IMG/VR virus record: IMGVR_UViG_3300028840_001835
Source of the DNA: a virus
Taxonomy: Duplodnaviria > Caudoviricetes
Length of the DNA stretch: 64,000 nucleotides
Reading direction: 5' to 3' (one strand)
The notes below the pieces were generated by a model. It searched no databases, had not been told where the DNA came from, and saw only the letters and a list, made by a program, of their open reading frames with translations. The position numbers and the translations under genes are program-made. Positions 7,630-16,232 of this stretch are shown piece after piece (positions within the stretch are counted from its first letter, which is position 1; each line of letters begins with the position of its first letter).

Positions 7630-7723
7630 TGGTGGGCAGGGAGGGAGTCGAACCCCCGATGTTCACCGCAAAGGGAAGTGGGTTACAGCCACTCACAGCA
7701 CAACCGACAGCTGCCTCCTACCC
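7630..7723 (-). tRNA. tRNA-Tyr(GTA)
   Basis: AGTGG-CTGTAAC-CCACT, long variable arm, CCA end. Confidence 0.88.
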
Positions 7724-8059
7724 AAATAAAAAACACCAAATCCTTCTTACAGTTCCTACAATAAATGTTATCTTCTTAAAATATTTACATTTAAAATTCT
7801 TATTTAATTGTCCTTGTCCTTGAATTCTTTTCTTTGTTTTTATTATGCCACTTATTTTATCTATCCGACTTCCAAACTCCCAACATACTGGATGTTGACA
7901 CATGGGAATCGTTCCTACATCAGAAACCAGATCAAAACTTAAATCTCTAATTCCTGTTGTATATGTAAAGCCGTTAATAAATTCATCCGCTACACTCGAT
8001 TCAGTACCGTAATAATACCAACAGTCTTTACAAAATTTCAATTTCTTTTCAATATTCAT
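7718..8059 (-). CDS. Cys-rich hypothetical protein
   Basis: FCKDCWYY...CQHPVC...CKYF. Confidence 0.55.
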   Translation of the reverse strand: MNIEKKLKFCKDCWYYYGTESSVADEFINGFTYTTGIRDLSFDLVSDVGTIPMCQHPVCWEFGSRIDKISGIIKTKKRIQGQGQLNKNFKCKYFKKITFIVGTVRRIWCFLFG

Positions 8060-8071
8060 TTTTAAATAACT

Positions 8072-8148
8072 TGGTCAGGGAGGTGGGATTTGAACCCACG
8101 ACCTTTTGGTTCCAAACCAAACGACCTACCAGACTGGCCTACACCCTG
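8072..8148 (-). tRNA. tRNA-Pro(TGG)
   Basis: TTTGG-TTTGGAA-CCAAA, CCA end. Confidence 0.9.
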
Positions 8149-8157
8149 TTTCAATTC

Positions 8158-8236
8158 TGGTCTGGGTTGAGGGATTCGAACCCCCACGATATTCTTGGCC
8201 CCAAACCAAGTGGCCTTCCTAATGGCCCTAACCCAG
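8158..8236 (-). tRNA. tRNA-Pro(TGG), second divergent copy
   Basis: CTTGG-TTTGGGG-CCAAG, CCA end. Confidence 0.85.
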
Positions 8237-8248
8237 AAAAACTTTATA

Positions 8249-8360
8249 GATGTGAATGCAGGACTTGAGCCTGCATCTCCCATGTTCTCAGATTCCTGTC
8301 ATCTCGAAGTGACCACCTCCCAGTTGTTCAACTGGGTATGCTACCATTTACACCACAATC
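8249..8360 (-). ncRNA. 112-nt tRNA-like RNA with 8-nt loop and ~40-nt extra region
   Basis: D-arm-like GTGTAAATGGTAGCAT, CCCAG-TTGAACAA-CTGGG, extra hairpin, GCAGG-CTCAAGT-CCTGC T-arm, terminal pairing. Confidence 0.6.
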
Positions 8361-8406
8361 TTCTAGCGAACATTTGCCCCGAAGGCGGGGTGTTCTCCCT
8401 ATTAAA

Positions 8407-8808
8407 CTAATTCACATCTAAAATTCTATGCACCTCATCCTCATGTATTGGTGAGGTTAAAAACTCGTCCAGCTCCTTATTATTTATGTTATCACTAGAG
8501 TACCCAACTATGAACTCGTCCCCAGTGACCTTAAAGGAGTGCATCTGCTTGTACGTTCGGATCATTCCTGACAGGTCTATCTTTAATTCTCTCTCCAGAT
8601 CCAGGGAGAGGAATATGTAATCGTAACCATCGTACCCATTGACCTGCAGGTACATCAAATGTTTAAAGTAACTCAACCAATCCTGCGCCTCTTCGATGTT
8701 CACCTCGTGATCAGCCCAATCGTATCTTTCCAAGGCCGACCTTAGAACCGCCTTATTTTCAGGATTGCTATCAACCAACAATACGTTGATGATATCCCCG
8801 GTTTGCAT
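8407..8808 (-). CDS. Receiver-domain-like protein lacking the phosphoacceptor Asp
   Basis: VLLVDSN...YDYIFLSLDL...IVGYS...DEFLTSPI CheY-like pattern. Confidence 0.6.
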   Translation of the reverse strand: MQTGDIINVLLVDSNPENKAVLRSALERYDWADHEVNIEEAQDWLSYFKHLMYLQVNGYDGYDYIFLSLDLERELKIDLSGMIRTYKQMHSFKVTGDEFIVGYSSDNINNKELDEFLTSPIHEDEVHRILDVN

Positions 8809-8827
8809 GATTCCCCCATGTTATGAT

Positions 8828-8903
8828 TGGCTGGCAGGGAGGGCTTCGAACCCCCATCTTCCCGGTTAACAGCCGAGCGCATTACCAGTTATACTACCTG
8901 CCA
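8828..8903 (-). tRNA. tRNA-Asn(GTT)
   Basis: CTCGG-CTGTTAA-CCGGG, U1:A72, G73, CCA end. Confidence 0.92.
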
Positions 8904-9053
8904 TTTATTATATATATAATTCTAGGAGGTTTTATGTTTGAACACGCTAATGAGATAACCCCTCAGCTTCCAACCCAGAAAAAAACCAACCAGAAGAGCT
9001 ATCAGTAATGGTAGCATTTTTATCCTTTCTGTTTAGTCAAGCATATTTGATTA

Positions 9054-9082
9054 ATTGTACTATACTTTTAAACCGCTGTCAA
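9054..9082 (-). promoter_or_regulatory. Sigma70-type promoter for tRNA array
   Basis: TTGACA-N17-TACAAT. Confidence 0.75.
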
Positions 9083-9121
9083 GTATTTTTTTAAATTTAT
9101 TGGACTTTTATTTTAGAAAAC

Positions 9122-9154
9122 AAAAGAAAAGTCCGGGAATTACCTCCCCGGACT
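9122..9154 (-). terminator. Intrinsic terminator
   Basis: AGTCCGGG/CCCGGACT stem followed by TTTCTTTT. Confidence 0.75.
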
Positions 9155-9467
9155 CATCTCCCAATAAAGATTATTCTTATACAATGGCACCTTAAACCTA
9201 GGAGAACAACTTGGTGAAGGGTGTTTTTAAACCTTTGGTTTATAGCGCCCGTCCTTCTATATCGTATTATTAATTCCCTACCTCCCTGATGCTATCCATC
9301 TATAATTTAGTTCTCAGAGCCCCGACCAACTACATGGCACCGGGGTTGTTCTGAAAGACAGTAAAAAGGATTATCCGGAACCCCTAGATACTATCTACTT
9401 GTTGGGACTGGTGGGAAACCAACACCGTTGTTGACTCCTATTTCACATACGTTAATATATGAAACTC
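9122..9467 (-). ncRNA. Candidate ~340-nt structured late ncRNA of unknown class
   Basis: Bounded by TATAAATA and a terminator, no ORF of 60 aa or more, several nested long-range helices. Confidence 0.6.
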
Positions 9468-9472
9468 TATTT

Positions 9473-9480
9473 TATTTATA
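9473..9480 (-). promoter_or_regulatory. Late promoter TATAAATA
   Basis: Exact match overlapping the stop codon of 9476..9898. Confidence 0.7.
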
Positions 9481-9898
9481 AATCAAATATATGAGGCAGA
9501 TCAGTTCTCATGTAACGCCACCTCTTATATTTCTTTTCGTATTCCTGAAACGTCATCTCCCTAAAGGGTATGGACTTTTCATCGAAAAACCTTTTCTTTA
9601 ATTTTATGAGTGATTCATACTGATACCCAAAATATACCTGAGGAAGTTCATCAGACTCGTTTCTACAATATCTTTTAAACCGATCAAATTCATTTTGATT
9701 TGCCATTGTCCTTGTCCAGAATATGAATGGGTTCTCGGTCGTCCCACCAAAATCCAAAACAAAGAAACAGCGCCATTTTTCCTCGGGCGTATTCCATGTG
9801 TGTTTGTCTGCCTCATCCTTGGTCAGATAGAAATAATTATTACCAGCCATCCAGGCCTTGAGATATGCGACACCGAAAAATCTAACATCTATAATCAT
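9476..9898 (-). CDS. Family B paralog
   Basis: DVRFFG...CFFVLDFGG...PFIFW...KLKKRFF. Confidence 0.7.
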   Translation of the reverse strand: MIIDVRFFGVAYLKAWMAGNNYFYLTKDEADKHTWNTPEEKWRCFFVLDFGGTTENPFIFWTRTMANQNEFDRFKRYCRNESDELPQVYFGYQYESLIKLKKRFFDEKSIPFREMTFQEYEKKYKRWRYMRTDLPHIFDL

Positions 9899-9913
9899 TC
9901 AAAATCCTTTCAC

Positions 9914-10345
9914 TCAAACATGCGGAACCGTGTTTTGACAGAAATCCAATTTCTTATATCTCCTCTCCCATTCTTTAATGGTGAGATTCCTAATCGGTAC
10001 ATCTTTTGTGCCAAACAATTTGAGTTTTAGTTCCATTATCATTTTCTCTACGTTACTAAATTTGCTATAACATTTATGTATCTTATCACGATTGATCAAT
10101 GCAACGCCCGCATTCTTACAGATGTTTCTCATCTTCTTTATAGTACCTGGCGTTCTATATCTCATCGACCAGAACAGATGTGGTTGTGTTGTTCCGGCAC
10201 CAAAATCCATAACAAAATAACAGTACCAATACTTCTTAAAAGCAGGACCTTCTTGCTTGTCAGATACATCCTTGCCAGCCCAGGCATTCTGCGATGCCCA
10301 ACACTCTAGGATTGCCAGACCAAAAAACTCAACATCTATCTTCAT
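9914..10345 (-). CDS. Family B paralog
   Basis: DVEFFG...CYFVMDFG...PHLFW...LKLKLFG. Confidence 0.7.
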   Translation of the reverse strand: MKIDVEFFGLAILECWASQNAWAGKDVSDKQEGPAFKKYWYCYFVMDFGAGTTQPHLFWSMRYRTPGTIKKMRNICKNAGVALINRDKIHKCYSKFSNVEKMIMELKLKLFGTKDVPIRNLTIKEWERRYKKLDFCQNTVPHV

Positions 10346-10361
10346 TTGAAAAACCTTTCAC

Positions 10362-10808
10362 TTAAATTTCATTTGGTATTTTCTGCATTGTATCTCTTAA
10401 ATTTCTATACCTATTTAACCATTCATCCTTGGTCAGATATTTTATAGGTATTGGTTCGTTTCCAAATTTCATCTTTAAGGTCGTCACCATTTTCTCTGCG
10501 ATGGAAAGCTTGCCTTGTGTATTCAATGATCTCTGATTCATTAATGCCAACCCCGGGTTCTCACATATGGCGATTAATTTCCTTACCGGATCTTGATTGG
10601 CGTACTTCTTTGACCAGAACAATATAGGGCTCTTGGTATTCCTTCCAAGATCCAGAACAAAATAACAACGACTAATCACCTGAATCGGACCATAGTAATT
10701 ATGTTTATGCTGTTCAGCACTCTCCTCTGTATCATAAACCTCATAATTACCAAACTGACCATATCCTTTATATATGGCAAACCCAAAAAACTCAACGTCT
10801 AAATTCAT
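10362..10808 (-). CDS. Family B paralog
   Basis: DVEFFG...CYFVLDLG...PILFW...LKMKFG. Confidence 0.7.
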   Translation of the reverse strand: MNLDVEFFGFAIYKGYGQFGNYEVYDTEESAEQHKHNYYGPIQVISRCYFVLDLGRNTKSPILFWSKKYANQDPVRKLIAICENPGLALMNQRSLNTQGKLSIAEKMVTTLKMKFGNEPIPIKYLTKDEWLNRYRNLRDTMQKIPNEI

Positions 10809-11065
10809 GTCTTATCCGCTTTCCTTCTTAACACGATATAATGTCTATGTTTTGAACACCAGAACACCAGATCCCCAATACCCATATATATGATATTGGT
10901 CGAGACCACATATCCATTATCCAACACCAATATTGATAGATCCTTCTCCGTTGGAACAATATGAAACGTGGAAATCCTGCCAATATATTCCTTGCCACAT
11001 TCCTTTTTGATACATCCCATGAACAATAGGGCGGACAACAAAAACATATACATCATTCCTCGCAT
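10805..11065 (-). CDS. Putative lipoprotein
   Basis: Hydrophobic N-terminus + FMGC lipobox-like. Confidence 0.55.
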   Translation of the reverse strand: MRGMMYMFLLSALLFMGCIKKECGKEYIGRISTFHIVPTEKDLSILVLDNGYVVSTNIIYMGIGDLVFWCSKHRHYIVLRRKADKT

Positions 11066-11418
11066 TCAAACACCTTCTTTATCTTGTAATAATCAAATGT
11101 AATCTCTTTAAATTCAAAAGCATCCTGAAGTATCCTCATCACCTGCAACCATTGTTTGAATGTATATATGTGATACCTATAAACATCATTGACTATTATG
11201 AAATCCAGGTTCTTCAGTAAAAACAACTTCCTTGCCTTAATGATCCCCTCAGCCAGTTCCAGAGTTCTATACTCAAACGGGTTCTTCTCAAAGAATGAAA
11301 ATATAATAAAACCCTTATCCTCCCTGGTCTTGGCTATGTCATAACCCCAAGACGAAAAATTTGATTTAGTATCCGCCATGAGCCTATTCTCAATCAACAT
11401 CAGAAATGACTTACTCAT
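11053..11418 (-). CDS. Family A paralog
   Basis: RKLFLLKNL. Confidence 0.65.
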   Translation of the reverse strand: MSKSFLMLIENRLMADTKSNFSSWGYDIAKTREDKGFIIFSFFEKNPFEYRTLELAEGIIKARKLFLLKNLDFIIVNDVYRYHIYTFKQWLQVMRILQDAFEFKEITFDYYKIKKVFECEE

Positions 11419-11642
11419 AATCCGGCATTTTTATTGACTTTCCAATCCTCGGTGATACTCTTGACATTAAACGGAGAGAAATATTCATCTATAAACTGTT
11501 GCTCCCCATAATGTTTATCCCCATGTTCATTGATGAAGGTTGTCTTATCCATGAACTGATATATCTTTCCCTCTTTGGCCTCGATTGTACCATCTGACAT
11601 AACTAGGGTCCTTTTACACATCTTTTTAAACTCTGACGACAT
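11415..11642 (-). CDS. Hypothetical protein
   Basis: 75-aa ORF, translationally coupled. Confidence 0.55.
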   Translation of the reverse strand: MSSEFKKMCKRTLVMSDGTIEAKEGKIYQFMDKTTFINEHGDKHYGEQQFIDEYFSPFNVKSITEDWKVNKNAGL

Positions 11643-11823
11643 CCACTCTCCTCCATCGACCGCCGTTAATCTTTGGATTGGATCTTATCTCCGACGCATG
11701 CTTGTCGCAGTAGTAGAATGTCTTATATCTTCCACTAACTTGTCGAACCTTGTAGTTCTCCCACATGACCCTTGCCACACATCTGCGAGTATGACCAATA
11801 TTACTACACGATCTCCGTCTCAT
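11626..11823 (-). CDS. Small Cys-containing protein
   Basis: CSNIGH...C...YYCDKH. Confidence 0.5.
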   Translation of the reverse strand: MRRRSCSNIGHTRRCVARVMWENYKVRQVSGRYKTFYYCDKHASEIRSNPKINGGRWRRVDVVRV

Positions 11824-12125
11824 CTATTCCTTATATCACTAAGTGCGTGTTTTATATCCTTCTCCCTAAACTTTTCCCCAATCTGATCTTCCACGATCTT
11901 GACAAACCGCTTGAATGTCTTTTTCGATCTGAACTCAATCCTTACATACTGTTTAGTCACCCTATATTTCATGCCCGAGATAAGAATCATCCTTTCAACC
12001 AATTCAAAGAAACTAAGGTTCATATCTATATGTGGAATAATTCTTTTTCCATACAATATATGAAATTGATTCTTTCCAGAATCTGTGTTCACACAGGTTA
12101 TTAACTTTCTATTTTTTAAAAACAT
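11820..12125 (-). CDS. Family A paralog
   Basis: RMILISGM. Confidence 0.65.
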   Translation of the reverse strand: MFLKNRKLITCVNTDSGKNQFHILYGKRIIPHIDMNLSFFELVERMILISGMKYRVTKQYVRIEFRSKKTFKRFVKIVEDQIGEKFREKDIKHALSDIRNR

Positions 12126-12135
12126 AATCTATCTC

Positions 12136-12633
12136 TTAATTCTCATCTCGAAACCATGGATGATCAAGACTTTTAGGCCTACTATTTTTCCTAGCCTCAT
12201 AATCCTCCGAGACAAACTTTTTGTATCCATCGGGATATATTATAATTATCCTCTTTCCTTTCTTAACCGCATATCTTATGGTTGCCCATGTTCCCGATCT
12301 CAATCTATTGGCAATACCATCGGGAGTTGCGATCAGAAGTGATGAACCATCCACTATATCACGATTACGATCAAGATATGGTTTTTCATCAAGTGTTACA
12401 ACCCTTTCATTCTTGGGTTCCTTGAATCTCTTTCTTGCGACAACAGGTGGATGTAATATCACTCTATTGTTCTCATTGATGGCAAGGGTTATTAGATACG
12501 CCTCATGGTCAGCACCAATACATTGACCATTTCTCAAGGTTATATCCTGATTAGCTATCATATCGGAAAAGACCTTTAGTTGCTTTTTAGTCATACCCTT
12601 CTGGGTTCCTGTGAAACCAATAGTAACCATCAC
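12136..12633 (-). CDS. SLOG-superfamily (YspA/DprA-like) protein
   Basis: IGFTGTQ, GQCIGAD, RNRDIVD, SGTWATIRYA. Confidence 0.8.
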   Translation of the reverse strand: MMVTIGFTGTQKGMTKKQLKVFSDMIANQDITLRNGQCIGADHEAYLITLAINENNRVILHPPVVARKRFKEPKNERVVTLDEKPYLDRNRDIVDGSSLLIATPDGIANRLRSGTWATIRYAVKKGKRIIIIYPDGYKKFVSEDYEARKNSRPKSLDHPWFRDEN

Positions 12634-12977
12634 ATATTCTCAAATATTTCCTCGCCGGTATCCTTTCTCCAGACCCGACCAGAGCCATTCATCTTCATGG
12701 TGATTCTATTCTTGGGAAACAAGTTTTCAAGAAAAACGATTCCATGAAGTAGATGACCAAGTATCGGAACCTCACCTGCACGGTCGAGGGTATCCTTTAT
12801 CTTATTCACCTTAAGATAGTCCTCCATGGTGAGAAGGTTGGAGCCACACTTAGGACATTCCATGTTGACCCATTTATAATATTCATCGAGAGGAACCTCC
12901 ATGTTCTCCCAATTACATCCTTTGGCATCACATTGAATACCAGCGACCTTCATAACCTTTTCAGATAACGGTCTCAT
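12630..12977 (-). CDS. Zinc-ribbon protein
   Basis: CDAKGC...CPKCG. Confidence 0.65.
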   Translation of the reverse strand: MRPLSEKVMKVAGIQCDAKGCNWENMEVPLDEYYKWVNMECPKCGSNLLTMEDYLKVNKIKDTLDRAGEVPILGHLLHGIVFLENLFPKNRITMKMNGSGRVWRKDTGEEIFENM

Positions 12978-13012
12978 GATTCATCCTTTCTTTTTTATTT
13001 CCGTTCAACACA

Positions 13013-13041
13013 AATATAGTAAAAAGTTTTCTATCTGTCAA
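13013..13041 (-). promoter_or_regulatory. Sigma70-type early promoter
   Basis: TTGACA-N17-TATATT. Confidence 0.7.
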
Positions 13042-13360
13042 CCATTTCATCTAACCTCTCCTTCACCAAACTAATATCATTTTTGTCAAGAGTACATCTA
13101 TAACCAGGCTCAAAACAATAGATAAATTCATCAAAAGCCTCTGTTGTTGGGAATTGAAAAATATATGTTCCTGGCTCTTTAATATATTTTAAACCTTTAA
13201 GAAATACCAATTTAGAAAAACCAAATTCAGGATCTTCATACCAACTTCTGGCGATTGTAATATAAGGAATCTCCCTATCAAAAGATACATCGAAACAAGG
13301 TCCTGTTGAACCGACCGTTATGTCAGAACGATTCTTCATGTCACCAATCCATAATTTCAA
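13031..13360 (-). CDS. Family A paralog
   Basis: KLVFLKGL. Confidence 0.7.
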   Translation of the reverse strand: MKLWIGDMKNRSDITVGSTGPCFDVSFDREIPYITIARSWYEDPEFGFSKLVFLKGLKYIKEPGTYIFQFPTTEAFDEFIYCFEPGYRCTLDKNDISLVKERLDEMVDR

Positions 13361-13625
13361 TTATTTCATTTTGTGAATCTATTTCAAATTCAATATCCCA
13401 GACCTTTTCCAGTAAATCAACCACAATGACAAACTCTTCCGGAGTCTTGATGAATATACTACAATCTTTACCAAATCGTTTTTCCTCTATCTTTGATAGA
13501 AATATTAGATTATAAAATTTAATATTTCTTCCAATCGACCATTGAAAATTCAAAAGAAGATATCCATCCTCTTTACGAAAAGCAATATGATAATCACCAT
13601 CCGTGGTATGTAACTTTAAATTCAT
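13341..13625 (-). CDS. Family A paralog
   Basis: NLIFLSKI. Confidence 0.65.
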   Translation of the reverse strand: MNLKLHTTDGDYHIAFRKEDGYLLLNFQWSIGRNIKFYNLIFLSKIEEKRFGKDCSIFIKTPEEFVIVVDLLEKVWDIEFEIDSQNEIIEIMDW

Positions 13626-13628
13626 TTA

Positions 13629-13847
13629 TTAGAATGTAAAAGATATACCCTCGGACTGGTCCACCTTACCACGTTCCACGGGTGCGAAACTGGCACCGTT
13701 CCACGTCATCTGCTCATATGTGCCATTCGGTGAGAGTCTTATTATATCGAGCAGTCCATTCTTGACGGCTTTAATATCTCCCTCAGGTATCGCTTGATGT
13801 GAGACCTGTTTAATCGTTCCATCGTCAAAAACATAAATGTATAACAT
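13629..13847 (-). CDS. Hypothetical protein
   Basis: 72-aa ORF, SD GGAGGAAGG. Confidence 0.65.
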   Translation of the reverse strand: MLYIYVFDDGTIKQVSHQAIPEGDIKAVKNGLLDIIRLSPNGTYEQMTWNGASFAPVERGKVDQSEGISFTF

Positions 13848-13859
13848 ACCTTCCTCCTT

Positions 13860-14153
13860 TTACCATGCCATCTCTGTTATCACCTTTTGGATATCTTCCA
13901 CTCTACTTTTATCATTTAGATGTTTGTCTGAGAATTGAATAAACTTTAAAAACTCCTCACGGTTGAAAATGCTAACATACGTCCAACCTTTACGTTTAAA
14001 TAATTTATAATTCGCAAGAAATAACCACTTTATTATTCTATCGTGTGTACCTTGATTCCGTGAAGCAATCCTAATTCTTAATCGTTTACTATTCACCTTT
14101 CGAAATAGTGTACGATTAGTTTTGCCGTGTACATGAAATGTTTTCATCGCCAC
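13860..14153 (-). CDS. Family A paralog
   Basis: KWLFLANY. Confidence 0.6.
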   Translation of the reverse strand: MAMKTFHVHGKTNRTLFRKVNSKRLRIRIASRNQGTHDRIIKWLFLANYKLFKRKGWTYVSIFNREEFLKFIQFSDKHLNDKSRVEDIQKVITEMAW

Positions 14154-14440
14154 CCCATCGCCTGTGACAAGGCCACCACATCATTGGCCATTGTGTTAGT
14201 CTTGAATTCATGATGAAATGAAAATATCTTAAAGAACTTTCTAAGCTCGTTTTCGTTATAGACAAAAAACCTAGTCAACCCCTCCTGCCTGAATGATTCA
14301 ATACCAGATAGAAACAACAACCTCAATAACTGGACATGGATGTTACTTATATCAATGTATATGTAACCCTCCAGATGTCCAGTATAAGAGAAGTCCGTTA
14401 GATGAGGATCTCTTGCATAGAATTTACAAGCGTCCCTCAT
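14144..14440 (-). CDS. Family A paralog
   Basis: RLLFLSGI. Confidence 0.7.
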   Translation of the reverse strand: MRDACKFYARDPHLTDFSYTGHLEGYIYIDISNIHVQLLRLLFLSGIESFRQEGLTRFFVYNENELRKFFKIFSFHHEFKTNTMANDVVALSQAMGWR

Positions 14441-14853
14441 CCGTTCTGTTCTTTCAATGTTGGTTGTAAACCTTGACTATATGCCACATTCAAGAGATAC
14501 ATATACTCTGTCCATATTGTCTTGGGTTTCCATGCATCTGCAGACAACCACGGCGTTCTATTACAACCAACTCTACCAGTGTCCAAACGAATAGGACAAC
14601 CAATACAATGATCTTTATTGGATATATTCTGGTCATGCACAAACACGTTACAATAAGCACAATCCTCACCGCGTTTTGAGAATCCACCATTAACGGTTGA
14701 CCAGAGCTTAACCTCGCAACCCGTCTCCTTCGCCTCTTCGGAGAGAATCACATTTCTTCTCCAATGTTTGAGAACCCTACGGGTAAGAGAACGCATTCTG
14801 CGTTCCCCTACCTTTCGCGGCTTTTTTGTTTTATCCTTCATTCCCATCCCCAT
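14437..14853 (-). CDS. Cys-cluster hypothetical protein
   Basis: CAYC...CIGCPI...GC pattern. Confidence 0.6.
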   Translation of the reverse strand: MGMGMKDKTKKPRKVGERRMRSLTRRVLKHWRRNVILSEEAKETGCEVKLWSTVNGGFSKRGEDCAYCNVFVHDQNISNKDHCIGCPIRLDTGRVGCNRTPWLSADAWKPKTIWTEYMYLLNVAYSQGLQPTLKEQNG

Positions 14854-15134
14854 GCTCTTTGAGCACGCCAGGCGCTATCATTACAATTCGGTTTCAACCT
14901 AATCGGCTCCATGGTCTCAAACCCGAATATGATTACCGGGGCCACTATGGTCTCGACCAGGATGACGCCCCAGACGATGTTACCAATAGATGCCGAATAA
15001 TCGACACAGTCCGATCTGTACTCTCCAGAATCGAACAGGCCATAGGTCTCATACTTGAAACCATCAAGCACCTTTGGATCGGCGCATGCTGTAAGCAGGA
15101 CCACGGCAACCAGAATGGTTAAAATCTTTTTCAT
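14838..15134 (-). CDS. Lipoprotein with extra TM segment
   Basis: LLTAC lipobox; IVWGVILVETIVAPVIIFG. Confidence 0.7.
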   Translation of the reverse strand: MKKILTILVAVVLLTACADPKVLDGFKYETYGLFDSGEYRSDCVDYSASIGNIVWGVILVETIVAPVIIFGFETMEPIRLKPNCNDSAWRAQRAWGWE

Positions 15135-15158
15135 TTCTTTCTCCTTTGTTAAGTGTGG

Positions 15159-15527
15159 TTACCAGTTAATCTTTTTTATGAATGTTTCAATGAGTTTCTT
15201 ATCATATTTTATTTTTTCATTATTAAATCCTACATGGCAAGCGTAACAATATTTCCTAAGATCATCTGCAGTCTTAATGTATACGATTGTCATATCCTCC
15301 GCTTCTTCATGTTCAAGATTTGATAAAAAGAACATTCTTGAAAATGTACAATCCGACTTTACCCATGAACTATTAACATAGGTTTCCCAATGATCCCGCT
15401 TGGGATCAAACCTAAGATCAATAGTGACAGATAGACCGATTGATACCTCCACTGAGAAATCTGGATCAGATCGTTCCTCCGATCTAAGTGCTTCAAAGAA
15501 ACCGTTGGACATTAAACTCCCACTCAA
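15159..15527 (-). CDS. Family A paralog
   Basis: RMFFLSNL. Confidence 0.65.
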   Translation of the reverse strand: MSGSLMSNGFFEALRSEERSDPDFSVEVSIGLSVTIDLRFDPKRDHWETYVNSSWVKSDCTFSRMFFLSNLEHEEAEDMTIVYIKTADDLRKYCYACHVGFNNEKIKYDKKLIETFIKKINW

Positions 15528-15768
15528 AAGGTCCTGTCAAGACCATACCATTATCGGCCATCACATCATATAAGGTCTTTACAATCTTCATATCAAATTC
15601 AAAACAATGTTCATACCAAGACTTTGTAAATTTGTTTGTCGGTCTAATACCAAGAAGAAATAATTGTCGAAACAATCTTGCTCTCATATCAAGATATGTC
15701 ATATGTGCCATAATTCCACCTGGCTGTGGATATGAACATTTACCCAACAGTTTAGACATACCTCTCAT
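15493..15768 (-). CDS. Family A paralog
   Basis: RQLFLLGI. Confidence 0.6.
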   Translation of the reverse strand: MRGMSKLLGKCSYPQPGGIMAHMTYLDMRARLFRQLFLLGIRPTNKFTKSWYEHCFEFDMKIVKTLYDVMADNGMVLTGPFEWEFNVQRFL

Positions 15769-16028
15769 TCTCCTTCATCGTAATACTGGTCACTCTCTGG
15801 AACAAAGCAAAGTTCATCCAACCTTCGTATCATCTTCTTATCTCTTTCGGACTCTTTGTTGTATAGGACGACATATGTGGTGGCCGTTCCCACCCATCCA
15901 TGAAGACCAGTCAGCAAAACAAGACTGACAAATCTCTCCATGTTATATGTTCTATATCTTTTCATCCATCGTTCCATATATCTATCCCAGTTTCGGAGCC
16001 TCACGATCTGAAAAATATATGACATCAA
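15765..16028 (-). CDS. Family A paralog
   Basis: SLVLLTGLHGW; close to the next two ORFs. Confidence 0.7.
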   Translation of the reverse strand: MMSYIFQIVRLRNWDRYMERWMKRYRTYNMERFVSLVLLTGLHGWVGTATTYVVLYNKESERDKKMIRRLDELCFVPESDQYYDEGE

Positions 16029-16230
16029 TCACTGGATATGCATTCTTATTCCACTCCTGAATAGCCAGGTCGTTCAATCTTTTCAACATCCACTTTTCCC
16101 TCTCGGACCTTGAATCATATCTCACAGAGAAAGAGACAGAGTTCTCTTCCCACCCCTTCAATCCGGATAACCAGACCAATCTTCTGAAGGCGGTTATATC
16201 ATAAACTCTAAATGTCCTAATCCTCTTCAT
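15982..16230 (-). CDS. Family A paralog
   Basis: RRLVWLSGLKGW. Confidence 0.7.
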   Translation of the reverse strand: MKRIRTFRVYDITAFRRLVWLSGLKGWEENSVSFSVRYDSRSEREKWMLKRLNDLAIQEWNKNAYPVIDVIYFSDREAPKLG

Positions 16231-16232
16231 AT

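Noticed and set aside
7509-8410. ORFs 7509..7823, 8062..8283, 8071..8268 and 8195..8410
   Set aside because: They are shadows over tRNA genes.
9126-9140. RNase P-like GAAAAGTCCGGG on the plus strand
   Set aside because: It is one arm of the minus-strand terminator; the other RNase P conserved regions are absent.
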